Source: an uncultured Chloroflexia bacterium (GTDB taxonomy: Bacteria; Chloroflexota; Limnocylindria; Limnocylindrales; CSP1-4). From it: 64,000 nucleotides of DNA. This document shows positions 10,252 through 22,035 of this stretch, piece by piece. Both the position numbers and the translations under genes were made by a program. Position 1 is the first letter of the stretch, and each line of letters opens with the position of its first letter. The stretch covers positions 96,001 to 160,000 of the forward strand of contig CAVYBU010000004.1 in NCBI GenBank assembly GCA_963766735.1. The letters run 5' to 3'. The notes under the pieces are model-generated. The model ran no database searches, was not told the DNA's origin, and saw nothing but the letters and a program-made list of their open reading frames with translations.

Positions 10252-10292
10252 CCGAGCTCGCAGGCTGCAGGCGCCACGGAAGCCCGCGGCCT

Positions 10293-10312
10293 GCAACCCA
10301 AACGCAACCGGG
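10293..10312 (+). promoter_or_regulatory. Direct-repeat box GCAAC-N6-GCAAC upstream of the small Cys-rich gene
   Basis: gcaac ccaaac gcaac cggg. Confidence 0.5.
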
Positions 10313-10477
10313 TCGTCGCCGCCGCGGTGTCGTCGCGGGCGCGCCGCCCGGCGCACGATCCACGCCCGGCAAGGGATCCGTCCCGACCCGGTACGTCCAG
10401 CGGATCCGATCGCGGTCCGTCCGCCCCTCCGGCCTTCGCAGGCCCCTCGTCCGACTCGCGAACGGAAGGACTCCAAC

Positions 10478-10696
10478 ATGACCTACCCCGCCTACAACAC
10501 CGACGGGCTCATCGGCTCCGAGGAAGGTGTCAGCAGCCCCGTGACCTGTTCGTCCTGCGGTTGTCGCCTGGAGCATGCCGCCGATCTCAACGGGTGGCTC
10601 CACTTCGCACCGATGGCCGGCCGCGACGCCCGCGGTTGTCGCGTCGCCTGCGCCGACCAGGTGCACGACGCCCGGGGATACGCCCTCTCCGGCTAG
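10478..10696 (+). CDS. 72-aa Cys/His-rich hypothetical protein, probable metal binder
   Basis: RBS GGAAGGA 7 nt before the ATG; CSSCGC...WLHF...GRDARGCRVAC...H; followed by a terminator-like hairpin. Confidence 0.7.
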   Translation: MTYPAYNTDGLIGSEEGVSSPVTCSSCGCRLEHAADLNGWLHFAPMAGRDARGCRVACADQVHDARGYALSG

Positions 10697-10732
10697 TGCC
10701 GCCGGAATGGTGACCCCTCCACCACACCGACG

Positions 10733-10761
10733 CGACCCCGGGCCAGCCCCCGGGGTCGTTT
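10733..10761 (+). terminator. Probable intrinsic terminator
   Basis: Perfect 10-bp stem cgaccccggg / cccggggtcg with a 6-nt loop and ttt tail, between convergent genes. Confidence 0.6.
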
Positions 10762-10778
10762 CGATTCCAACCGGGAAC

Positions 10779-11504
10779 TCAGGCGGCCTCGTCGGCCTCG
10801 ATCCGGTACCCGACGGAGCGGACGGCGACGATGCGCGGACCGCCGACGGCCTCCAGCTTCGATCGCAGGCGCGCGAGGTGCGGCTTGAGCCACAGCAGGT
10901 CGGGATCCGGCTCCGCGGGCCACCCGGCGCGGGCCAGGCGATGGTGGGCCACGAGATCGCCCCCGGCTCGGACGAGCGCCTCCAGCAGGCGGAACTCCGT
11001 GGGCGTGAGACTCAGGGCGATCGCCCCGACCCGCGCCTCGTGGCGTGCGGGCTCCAGCGTGAGCGAGCCGGCCGCCAGGACGGACTGCGCGCCTTCGCCG
11101 CTCCCGGAGCCGCGGCCGGTCCCGGCCAGGTCCACCCGGCGCATGACCGCGGAGATCCGGGCCAGCAGCTCCTGCTTGCCGAAGGGCTTGACCAGGTAGT
11201 CGTCCGCGCCGATGCCCAGCGCCTTGACCTTGGCGGCCTCGGCGCTCTCGCCGGATACCACGAGCACCGGGACGTTCCCCGATGCGCGCAGCTGGCCGAT
11301 GACGGTGAACCCGTCCGGGCCCGGCATCGCCAGGTCCAGGAGGACGAGATCCGGCCGCTCCTCCCGAAACCGCTTGACGGCGGTCAGTCCGTCGTAGGCG
11401 GTGATGACCTGGTGGCCCTCGGTGCCGACCAGGGCGGTGATGGCGCCAACCATCGCGGGGTCGTCGTCCACGACCAGGATCCGGAGGGGTCGTGTCCCTA
11501 GCAT
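10779..11504 (-). CDS. OmpR/PhoB-family response regulator (no adjacent kinase)
   Basis: REC domain ILVVDDD...LLDLAMPG..DG...GADDYLVKPF; wHTH domain LTPTEFRLL...HLARLRSKL...IVAVRSVGYR. This is the C-terminal part of ORF 10779..13109. Confidence 0.92.
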   Translation of the reverse strand: MLGTRPLRILVVDDDPAMVGAITALVGTEGHQVITAYDGLTAVKRFREERPDLVLLDLAMPGPDGFTVIGQLRASGNVPVLVVSGESAEAAKVKALGIGADDYLVKPFGKQELLARISAVMRRVDLAGTGRGSGSGEGAQSVLAAGSLTLEPARHEARVGAIALSLTPTEFRLLEALVRAGGDLVAHHRLARAGWPAEPDPDLLWLKPHLARLRSKLEAVGGPRIVAVRSVGYRIEADEAA

Positions 11505-11651
11505 CTCGTCCTGCCTCTCTCTAGCGGAACAAGCGTAGGCGCCATCGCTACCTTCGTTGGTTGCGGGGAGGTACCGGGACAGTGCCCTTGCAGTCGAACC
11601 GTAACCCGTGACGGCTGGCGATGCATCCGCTGACAAGCCATCATCTCCCGC

Positions 11652-14600
11652 ATGGCCCCCAGCGTCCCGCGTGCCACTCGTTCCTCGCCGCCGGGTGATC
11701 ACCTGCCTGCGGCGCCGCGGCGCGGGGCGGAGAACCGGTTTGCCGCCGTCGCCGCGGAGCCACCCGGCCCCGGCATGGGCCGGGCCAGGGATCCCGTCGC
11801 CCACGAGGTCCGCCTGCTGGGAGCGCTGCTCGGGCAGGTGATCGCGGAGCAGGGCGGTCCGGACCTGTTCGCTCTCGTCGAGCGGATCCGTCGCCGCACC
11901 ATCACGCTCCGCCGCGGCGGGTCCGGGGCGCCCCCGGAGCCGGACCTGGAGCGCAAGCGCCTGACGTCGGAGATCGCGGCCCTGGACCTTGGGCGGGCGG
12001 CCGAGGTGGTCAAGGCATTCACCCTCTACTTCCAGCTGGTCAACCTCGCCGAGGAGCGCAATCGCATTCGCGTCCTGCGCAACCATGCCCGACAAGCGCA
12101 CGGTGACGCGATCGACGGCTCGATCGGCGAGGCAGTCCGACTGCTTGCCGCGACCCGCGGCGCCGCCGGAGTGGAGGCCCTCCTGGGTCGCGTCGCCGTC
12201 CACTCCGTGCTCACGGCCCACCCCACCGAGGCTCGGCGTCGGACACTCCTGGTGGCCCTGCGCCGGATCCGTCGGTTGCTCGATGGGCTCGACGCGCCGC
12301 TCATGACACCAGATGAAGACGCCGACCTGCGGCGCCGGATCCGCGAGGAGATCTCCCTGCTCTGGCATACGGGCGGCGTGCGCGCCGTGGCCCCGACGCC
12401 ACTGGACGAGGTGCGGTCGGCGCTGGCGATCTTCGACGAGACGCTGTTCACCGTCGTGCCCCGGTTCCAGCGGGCCGTCGACCGCGCGCTGGATGCCGCG
12501 ACCGCCGGCGATCGGGGGTCCGGCGAGCCCGCCGGCACAGCTCCCGAGCCAGCCGGAACAGCTCTGCGGCCCGTGTATGCCGGCGACTCCGGCAGGACGG
12601 GGACGCGGCCCGTGGCGGCCCCCGCGCTTCTCCGGTTCGGCTCGTGGATCGGCGCAGACCGGGACGGGCACCCGGGGGTGACCTCGGATGTGACGCTCGA
12701 CGCCGCGCGGCTCCAGGCGGAGCACCTGTTCCGTGGCTACGAGGCGGTGGCCTCTCGCCTGATGCAGACGATCGCGGCGCGGGTTCCACCGCATCGGATC
12801 GACCGGGCGCTCGGGAGCCGGTTGGCGCGCGATGCCGAGGAGCTGCCCGAGACCATGCGCCAGCTGCGGCGCCGCTTCCCCGAGGAGCCGTACCGGCAGC
12901 GGCTGGGCGCCATCGCGGAGCGGCTGCGGCGGACCCGGGCGGCGCTCACCGGCCAGGCGGCTCCACGCAGCGGCGGCTATCCCGATGCCGGCGCGCTCGA
13001 CCGAGAGCTCGCGGAGGTCCAGGACGCGCTGGCCGCCGACGGGCTGGCGCGGGTGGCACACGGCCAGCTCGCCGACCTGCGCTGGCAGCTCGCCACGTAC
13101 GGGTTCCACCTGGCGTCACTGGAGGTCCGCCAGCACGCGGGCGTCCACCGGGCGGCCCTGGAGGCGTTGCGCACGGGCGCGGGACCGGACACGGAGGTCG
13201 CGGCGGGTGTTTCCCTGGGCGAGGTGCTGGCCACGTTCCGGTCCATCGCCCGCCTCCAGGGTCGCCACGGCGTGGCGGCCTGCCACCGCTACGTGATCTC
13301 GTTCACCACGTCCCCCCAGGACGTTGCCAACGTGCTGGAGCTGGCGCGCCGCGCCTCGGAACCGGAGCCGTTCGGGTCGCCGGCGCCGGCGCTGGCCGAT
13401 CTGCCGCCGTCGCTGCCCGTGCTGGACGTGGTGCCGCTGCTGGAATCCGCGGACGCGCTGGCGGGGGCCGGGGGCCTGCTGGACGCACTCCTGTCAGATC
13501 CCGCCTACCGCGCCCACGTCCGGGAACGGGGGGGTGCCCAGGAAGTCATGCTCGGCTACTCGGATTCATCGAAGGAGAGCGGGTTCCTCGCCGCCAACTG
13601 GCTCCTGTACCGGGCCCAGGAGGCGCTGGTCGCCACTGCGCGGCGACACGGAATCGCGCTCACGCTGTTCCATGGACGGGGCGGCGCCATCGGGCGGGGC
13701 GGTGGTCCCGCGAACCGGGCGATCCTGGCGCAGGCCGCGGGCTCCGTGGACGGCCGTCTCAAATTCACCGAGCAGGGCGAGGTCATCGCGGCCCACTACG
13801 CGGACGTGACGATCGCGCAGCGCCACCTGGAACAGGTGACGTCGGCTGCACTGCTCGCCTCGACGCCCGAGCACGAAGCGGAGGTTGCCAGCGCATCGGC
13901 GGCAGGAGCGGGCACGATGGCGGAGCTGACGGCGATATCCCGGACCGCCTACCGCGCGCTCGTGGAGCACCCGACGTTCGGCTCGTTCTTCCGCGCCGCC
14001 ACGCCCATCGACCTCATCGCCGGGCTGGGACTTGGTTCGCGGCCTTCATCCAGGCCCGCCTCGCGACCATCATCCAGACCCGGCGCTCGGCCCGGCACCG
14101 GGCAGGCGGCCCGGGCTGCATCGGCCTCCCCTGGGTGGGCCGTCGGCGCGTCGGCCGACCCGGTCCTGCGCGGCGAGGAGGTCGCCTCGCTCCGCGCGAT
14201 CCCGTGGGTGTTCGCCTGGTCGCAGGCTCGCGCGAACGTGCCGGGCTGGTACGGCCTGGGAACGGCGCTGGAGGCGGTGACCGCGCGAGGCGGCCGGGAG
14301 ATGGTCGATCACCTCGCGGAGCTCTACCGTGGCTGGCCGTTCTTCGCCTCCGTCCTGGACAACGCAGAGCTCTCGCTGGCCAAGGCAGACCTCGGCACAT
14401 TCCGGCGGTACGCGGACCTCGCCTCGGGTCCCGAGGCAACGGCGATGCGGGGCATGATCGAGGCGGAGCACGCGAGATCGGTCCGCATGCTGCTCCTGGT
14501 CACCGGGCGGGACCGGTTGCTGGCAGGCGACACGGACCTTGCCCGCTCCATCGAGTTGCGCAACCCGTACATCGATGCGTTGTCGGCCGTCCAGGTGGAG

Positions 14601-14714
14601 CTGCTCGGCCGGCTCCGGGATCCATCGCTCGACGCGCGCAGCGCGACTGCCACCAGGGCCGTCATCGGTGCGACCATCAATGGGATCGCCGCGGGTCTCC
14701 AGAACACCGGCTAG
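11652..14714 (+). CDS. ppc: Phosphoenolpyruvate carboxylase
   Basis: VLTAHPTE, GSWIGADRDGHP, QEVMLGYSDSSKESG, FHGRGGAIGRGGGP, TEQGE, SLRAIPWVFAWSQ, RNPY, IAAGLQNTG. Confidence 0.97.
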   Translation: MAPSVPRATRSSPPGDHLPAAPRRGAENRFAAVAAEPPGPGMGRARDPVAHEVRLLGALLGQVIAEQGGPDLFALVERIRRRTITLRRGGSGAPPEPDLERKRLTSEIAALDLGRAAEVVKAFTLYFQLVNLAEERNRIRVLRNHARQAHGDAIDGSIGEAVRLLAATRGAAGVEALLGRVAVHSVLTAHPTEARRRTLLVALRRIRRLLDGLDAPLMTPDEDADLRRRIREEISLLWHTGGVRAVAPTPLDEVRSALAIFDETLFTVVPRFQRAVDRALDAATAGDRGSGEPAGTAPEPAGTALRPVYAGDSGRTGTRPVAAPALLRFGSWIGADRDGHPGVTSDVTLDAARLQAEHLFRGYEAVASRLMQTIAARVPPHRIDRALGSRLARDAEELPETMRQLRRRFPEEPYRQRLGAIAERLRRTRAALTGQAAPRSGGYPDAGALDRELAEVQDALAADGLARVAHGQLADLRWQLATYGFHLASLEVRQHAGVHRAALEALRTGAGPDTEVAAGVSLGEVLATFRSIARLQGRHGVAACHRYVISFTTSPQDVANVLELARRASEPEPFGSPAPALADLPPSLPVLDVVPLLESADALAGAGGLLDALLSDPAYRAHVRERGGAQEVMLGYSDSSKESGFLAANWLLYRAQEALVATARRHGIALTLFHGRGGAIGRGGGPANRAILAQAAGSVDGRLKFTEQGEVIAAHYADVTIAQRHLEQVTSAALLASTPEHEAEVASASAAGAGTMAELTAISRTAYRALVEHPTFGSFFRAATPIDLIAGLGLGSRPSSRPASRPSSRPGARPGTGQAARAASASPGWAVGASADPVLRGEEVASLRAIPWVFAWSQARANVPGWYGLGTALEAVTARGGREMVDHLAELYRGWPFFASVLDNAELSLAKADLGTFRRYADLASGPEATAMRGMIEAEHARSVRMLLLVTGRDRLLAGDTDLARSIELRNPYIDALSAVQVELLGRLRDPSLDARSATATRAVIGATINGIAAGLQNTG

Positions 14715-14744
14715 CGCGGCGACGAGACGCTCCTGGAGGACACG

Positions 14745-15863
14745 ATGCGCGAGGTCGACGCGGCTGTCATCGAACGGGCCGGCGTACCGGTCTCCATCGA
14801 GACGCTGTCACTCGCGGACCCGGGCCCGGACGAGGTCCTGGTGCGCATGACCTCGGCCGGCGTCTGCCACTCCGACCTCCACGTGCGCGACGGACACTGG
14901 AAGCGCCCGGGGCCAATCGTCATGGGGCACGAGGGCGCCGCCGTCGTCGAGGCGGTCGGTCCAGGGGTCGATGGGTCCATCGTCGGGCGGTCCGTCGCCC
15001 TGTCCTGGTATGCCCCGTGCCTGCGGTGTCGCGAATGCCAGCGGGGCCGCCAGTGGCTCTGCTCGGGCTCCCCGTCCCTCCGCCACGCACAGGCCGACGG
15101 CACCACGCGCCTGTCCCGTCCCGACGGCACGCCCGTTCTCGCCTACCTGTCGATCGGGACGATGGCGTCCGCACAGGTCGTGCCCGCGACGGCCGTCGTG
15201 CCGATGCCCGACGGTGTCTCCCCCGAGGTCGCGGCGCTCATCGGCTGCGGCGTCTCGACCGGTGTCGGGGCGGTGGTCAAGACCGCCGAGGTCCCGGCCG
15301 GCGCCACGGTTGCGGTCATCGGGCTCGGCGGCGTCGGGCTCTCGTGCGTGATGGGGGCGGCGCTCGCTGGCGCCTCCCGGATCATCGCGGTGGACGTCAG
15401 CGCGGGAAAGATCGACCTTGCCGGCGACCTCGGGGCAACGCACCGGATCCTCGCCGACCCGGCCGACCCCACCGCGACAGTGGACGCGATCCGCACCGCC
15501 GCAGGGCACGGCGGCCCGGACTTCGTGTTCGAGGCCATCGGGCTGCCGGCGACCATCTCCGAGGCGATCGCCTCGCTGCCCCCGGGCGGGACCGCCGTGC
15601 TGGTCGGCCTCACGCGGTTCGGGCAGGACGCGTCGTTCGAGGCGTTCCCGTTCGTGGACGGAGGGCGGCGGATCCTGGGCTCAAACTACGGGTCCGCGGT
15701 GGCCGCCATCGACTTCCCGAAGTACGCGGAGGCCTACCTGGCCGGACGCCTGCCGATCGACCGGCTGATCGACCGCCGCCTCCCGCTGGAGGACCTCGAG
15801 GACGCGTTCGATCGGCTGCGCTCCGGCGGCGCGGCGCGCCAGATGGTGATGTTCCAGGTGTAG
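14745..15863 (+). CDS. Zinc-dependent alcohol dehydrogenase (MDR family, class III-like)
   Basis: GVCHSD, GHEGA, CxxCxxC...C structural Zn site, GCGVSTGVG, GLGGVG. Confidence 0.92.
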   Translation: MREVDAAVIERAGVPVSIETLSLADPGPDEVLVRMTSAGVCHSDLHVRDGHWKRPGPIVMGHEGAAVVEAVGPGVDGSIVGRSVALSWYAPCLRCRECQRGRQWLCSGSPSLRHAQADGTTRLSRPDGTPVLAYLSIGTMASAQVVPATAVVPMPDGVSPEVAALIGCGVSTGVGAVVKTAEVPAGATVAVIGLGGVGLSCVMGAALAGASRIIAVDVSAGKIDLAGDLGATHRILADPADPTATVDAIRTAAGHGGPDFVFEAIGLPATISEAIASLPPGGTAVLVGLTRFGQDASFEAFPFVDGGRRILGSNYGSAVAAIDFPKYAEAYLAGRLPIDRLIDRRLPLEDLEDAFDRLRSGGAARQMVMFQV

Positions 15864-15926
15864 CGGCGAGGCAATGCTCCCGGCCCGGAGCGCGACTGGC
15901 AAGGGACCGGTCACCCGTCCGGAACG

Positions 15927-15962
15927 GCACAACGGCCCCCTCTGGTGAGGGAGCCGTTGTGC
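15927..15962. terminator. Hairpin between convergent adh and ppdK (probable bidirectional terminator)
   Basis: Inverted repeat gcacaacggc...gccgttgtgc. Confidence 0.6.
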
Positions 15963-16005
15963 TCGACGTGCGTTGGAGGCCGGGCGCGGGACGCCCGGCA
16001 GCGGG

Positions 16006-18819
<2,814 letters not shown>

Positions 18820-18899
18820 CGCGTGGGGCTCCTTGGCTGGCGGACGAGCGTGCGCCGTGGCGGCGCGATCCGCGGATTCACCTCTCGGGGATTGCCTGA

Positions 18900-18944
18900 A
18901 TTGTACGCCGAGCGCCGGGATCGGCTGGGTTGCACCAGGGTTGC
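18900..18944 (-). promoter_or_regulatory. ppdK promoter: -10 TACAAT with a GCAAC-N6-GCAAC box just upstream of the -35 position
   Basis: Minus strand reads gcaac cctggt gcaac (18944-18929), 23 bp, then TACAAT (18905-18900). Confidence 0.55.
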
Positions 18945-19161
18945 GTTCGCGTGGGCCGATGTGCCCACGCGAACGGGCCGTTCGGTTCGCCGCCGGGAGC
19001 CGAGCGGGGGTGGTCGGGTCCAGGGACGCCCGCCGGGTGCACGGATCGGGGCCGCGACCCCAATCGGACCGGGATCGGTCGGACAGCCCGGCGGTACACT
19101 TTCACAAGCCGCCATCCGGAATCCAGCGGCCGTCTGCGACCCTCCTGCAGGAGCCGATCCC

Positions 19162-19971
19162 GTGACCCAGCCCGACCACGACACCCGCGTCATCGAGCAG
19201 GACGCCGAGGCGTACAACGCAACGCTCCTCACCCGCGAGGACATCGGTCCCGACCTCGGCTACTTCCGGGTCAAGCTGGACGGCCCACCCGTGCCCTTCG
19301 AGCCCGGCCAGTACATGACGATCGGCGTCGTCGCGGACGGCAAGATGCTGCAGCGTCCGTACTCGGTGGCGTCGGCTCCCGCGGTCTCGGGAACGGACGG
19401 CTACGAGTTCTTCGTCCGACACGTGCCCATCGTCCGGTTCACGACTGCCCTGTGGCGGCTCCCCGTCGGCCAGCGGATGCGCATGATCGGGCCCAAGGGC
19501 AAGTTCATGCTCGAACCGGACGACAACCGGACTCACCTGTACGTGTCCACCGGCACCGGCATCGCCCCGTTCATCGCCATGGTCCGCGAGACCATGGCCC
19601 ACGGGAAGCCACGCAAGACCGTGATGCTCAACGGGGTCTCGTTCTCGGACGAGCTGGGCTATCGAGTGGAGCTGGAGGCCTGGCAGCAGGACCCCGCCTA
19701 CCGGCTCACCTACGTGCCGACGGTCTCGCGACCCAACGACCCGAGGAATGCGGGCTGGACGGGCAGGGTCGGGCGCGCCGAGCAGGTCATCACGGACACG
19801 TGCAAGGACCTGGGCCTCAAGCCCGACAGGACCGTGGTCTACATCTGCGGCAACCCGGAGATGATCCTCAACGTGGAGCGGGTCCTGATGGACCGCGGGT
19901 TCCCGGAGTTCCACGTGAAGAAGGAGCTCTACTGGCCGAAGGGGAAGGCACCGGCGCCCACCCCCGGCTGA
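19162..19971 (+). CDS. fpr: Ferredoxin/flavodoxin-NADP+ reductase (FNR family)
   Basis: FEPGQY, RPYSVAS, GPKGKF, STGTGIAPF, VYICGNPEM and C-terminal ELYW. AGGAG precedes the GTG. This is the C-terminal part of ORF 15973..19971. Confidence 0.88.
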   Translation: MTQPDHDTRVIEQDAEAYNATLLTREDIGPDLGYFRVKLDGPPVPFEPGQYMTIGVVADGKMLQRPYSVASAPAVSGTDGYEFFVRHVPIVRFTTALWRLPVGQRMRMIGPKGKFMLEPDDNRTHLYVSTGTGIAPFIAMVRETMAHGKPRKTVMLNGVSFSDELGYRVELEAWQQDPAYRLTYVPTVSRPNDPRNAGWTGRVGRAEQVITDTCKDLGLKPDRTVVYICGNPEMILNVERVLMDRGFPEFHVKKELYWPKGKAPAPTPG

Positions 19972-20076
19972 TCCGGGGCGGACCGTCGGCTGATCCGGCG
20001 GCGCGCCCTCTGTCTCGCGAACCCACGCTCAGATACGCGCCCAGGGGCTCGAGCGGGCACGCGCCCCAACGCAGGG

Positions 20077-20844
20077 TCAGATCCGGCCGAGCAGCTCCGT
20101 CTTCTTGGTGTCGTACTCCTCCGGAGTGATTGCGCCCGAGTCACGGAGCTGGGCGAGCGACGCCAGGGTCTTGGTGACGTCGTCGGCCGTCGGCTCGGGT
20201 GCCGGAGCGGGCGCGGCCGGCGCGGACATCGGTGCCACCGGAGCGGCCGGGGGGGGCGTCACGGGTGCCGCGGCGCGGATCGGCGGCGTGGTGGTCCGTG
20301 GCGTGTTGATCGTGACCATGCGCTCGGTCTTCGCTTCCATCAGGGCCGTCTTGAACCCGATCGGGTCACGCAGGGCCCGCAGGTCCTCGATGCCTGCCTC
20401 CGACGCCGTCATGAACACCAGGTCGCCGAAGCCGAGCATCCGGCCGAGCCAGGGGATCGTGATCTGGGCATCCGTGATGTTCTCGAGCGAGCTGTCCGAG
20501 GACTGCTTGTTGATGACGCCCTTGACGTGCATCACGCGAACGTCCGTCAGGACGTACTCCTGCGTCTGCCACTGGACGACCGACCACACGAACCCGACGA
20601 TCGCGATGAGGATCGCGGCGAAGGTCACCCACCCGACGAGCGTGTCCAGCACGCCGATGACGCTATCGATGACCGACGTGCCGTCTGAACGCAGCACGAA
20701 GGAGCTGATCAGGAAGCCGACGATCCCGACCACGACGGCAATCGCCACCCACTTGCCGGCGATGAGAAATGGGAAGATCCAGTGCTGGCGCTCGCGGCGC
20801 ATGATTGTCTCGCCAGGTGCCAGCAGACGCTCCGCGTACGCCAT
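20077..20844 (-). CDS. Membrane protein with a bacterial PH domain and C-terminal SHOCT domain
   Basis: Two TM helices; EYVLTDVRVMHVKGVI...LGRMLGFGDL; LASLAQLRDSGAITPEEYDTKKTELL. RBS GGGAGG. Confidence 0.85.
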   Translation of the reverse strand: MAYAERLLAPGETIMRRERQHWIFPFLIAGKWVAIAVVVGIVGFLISSFVLRSDGTSVIDSVIGVLDTLVGWVTFAAILIAIVGFVWSVVQWQTQEYVLTDVRVMHVKGVINKQSSDSSLENITDAQITIPWLGRMLGFGDLVFMTASEAGIEDLRALRDPIGFKTALMEAKTERMVTINTPRTTTPPIRAAAPVTPPPAAPVAPMSAPAAPAPAPEPTADDVTKTLASLAQLRDSGAITPEEYDTKKTELLGRI

Positions 20845-21177
20845 GTCCGTTGACCTCCCTCGGGATCGGCCCGCAGCCGCGTGCCGCCTCATCATGTCGT
20901 GTTCGACGCCCCGTCCGACTCCTTGACGGCGCACCAGTGATGCTCGCACGCCGGGCGCCCGTTTGCACGCTGCAAACGCCTCATGTCGCGCTGCCCAATG
21001 CGTCAGGCCGGAAACCGCCCCCGCCGGCCCGGCGGGGTACCCTTGCGGCAGCGTTCAGCGCCGGTCGGCCCGCGTCCGTCGTGACCTTCGGACCCTGTGG
21101 CGGGGCCATGGGCAGGTAACGCGGGCGCGACCATGTAGGCGACGATCCGGCGGTCACGAAGTATCAGCGAGGTTCCA

Positions 21178-22035
21178 TTGCATCCTGTCGTCGAGCGAGA
21201 ACAGCTCTCCCCGAACGTCGTCCGCCTCGTCGTCGAGGCTCCGCGGATCGCGAAGGTCCGGCGTCCCGGCCAGTTCGTCATCGTCCGGACGGGGCCCGGC
21301 GGCGAGCGAATCCCGCTGACGATCGCCGACACCGATGTCGAGGCAGGGACCATCACGCTGATGATCCAGGCCGTCGGCGTCAGCACCACCGAGCTCACCA
21401 ACCTGCAGGTCGGTGACGCCATCCAGGATGTCGCCGGCCCCCTGGGCCAGGAGACGGAGCTGCTCACGAGCGGGCACGCGATCTGCGTCGGTGGCGGCGT
21501 GGGCACCGCGGTGATCCTGCCGATCGCCCGCGAGCTCTCGCGGCGCGGCGTCCACGTGACCAGCGTCATCGGCGGCCGCTCGAAGGAGTGGGTCATCCTG
21601 GAGCCGGAGCTCCGGGTCGCGGGCGACGTGGTCGTCTGCACCGACGACGGCAGCTACGGTCGCCACGGCTTCGTCACCCAGGCCCTCAAGGACCTGCTGG
21701 ACGCGGGCGGGGTGGACGCGGTGTACGCCGTCGGCCCCGTGCCGATGATGCGCGCCGTCTCCGAGATGACGCAGCCCTACGGCGTGGAGACCACCGTCTC
21801 CCTCAACGCGATCATGGTGGACGGCACAGGGATGTGCGGCGGCTGCCGCGTGACCATCGCCGGTGAGACCAAGTACGCCTGCGTTGACGGCCCCGAGTTC
21901 GATGCCCACAAGGTGAACTTCCAGGAGCTGGCGGACCGCCTGACCACGTATCGCTCCTTCGAGCAGGCCGCCCTCCAGCGCCAGGCGGACGACGCGGCGA
22001 AGGGGGCCTGCGCGACCACAGAGGTGAAGGCATGA
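21178..22035 (+). CDS. nfnA: Electron-bifurcating transhydrogenase small subunit (NfnA / SudB-like)
   Basis: PGQFVIVR, GERIPLTIAD, GPLG, GGGVG, MVDGTGMCGGCRV...CVDGPEF ([2Fe-2S] motif). Confidence 0.9.
   Translation: MHPVVEREQLSPNVVRLVVEAPRIAKVRRPGQFVIVRTGPGGERIPLTIADTDVEAGTITLMIQAVGVSTTELTNLQVGDAIQDVAGPLGQETELLTSGHAICVGGGVGTAVILPIARELSRRGVHVTSVIGGRSKEWVILEPELRVAGDVVVCTDDGSYGRHGFVTQALKDLLDAGGVDAVYAVGPVPMMRAVSEMTQPYGVETTVSLNAIMVDGTGMCGGCRVTIAGETKYACVDGPEFDAHKVNFQELADRLTTYRSFEQAALQRQADDAAKGACATTEVKA

Noticed and set aside
10255-10330. Glutamine (glnA) riboswitch after amtB
   Set aside because: A tgcaggc/gcctgca hairpin with cggaag is present, but the flanking P1 and three-way-junction consensus is not.
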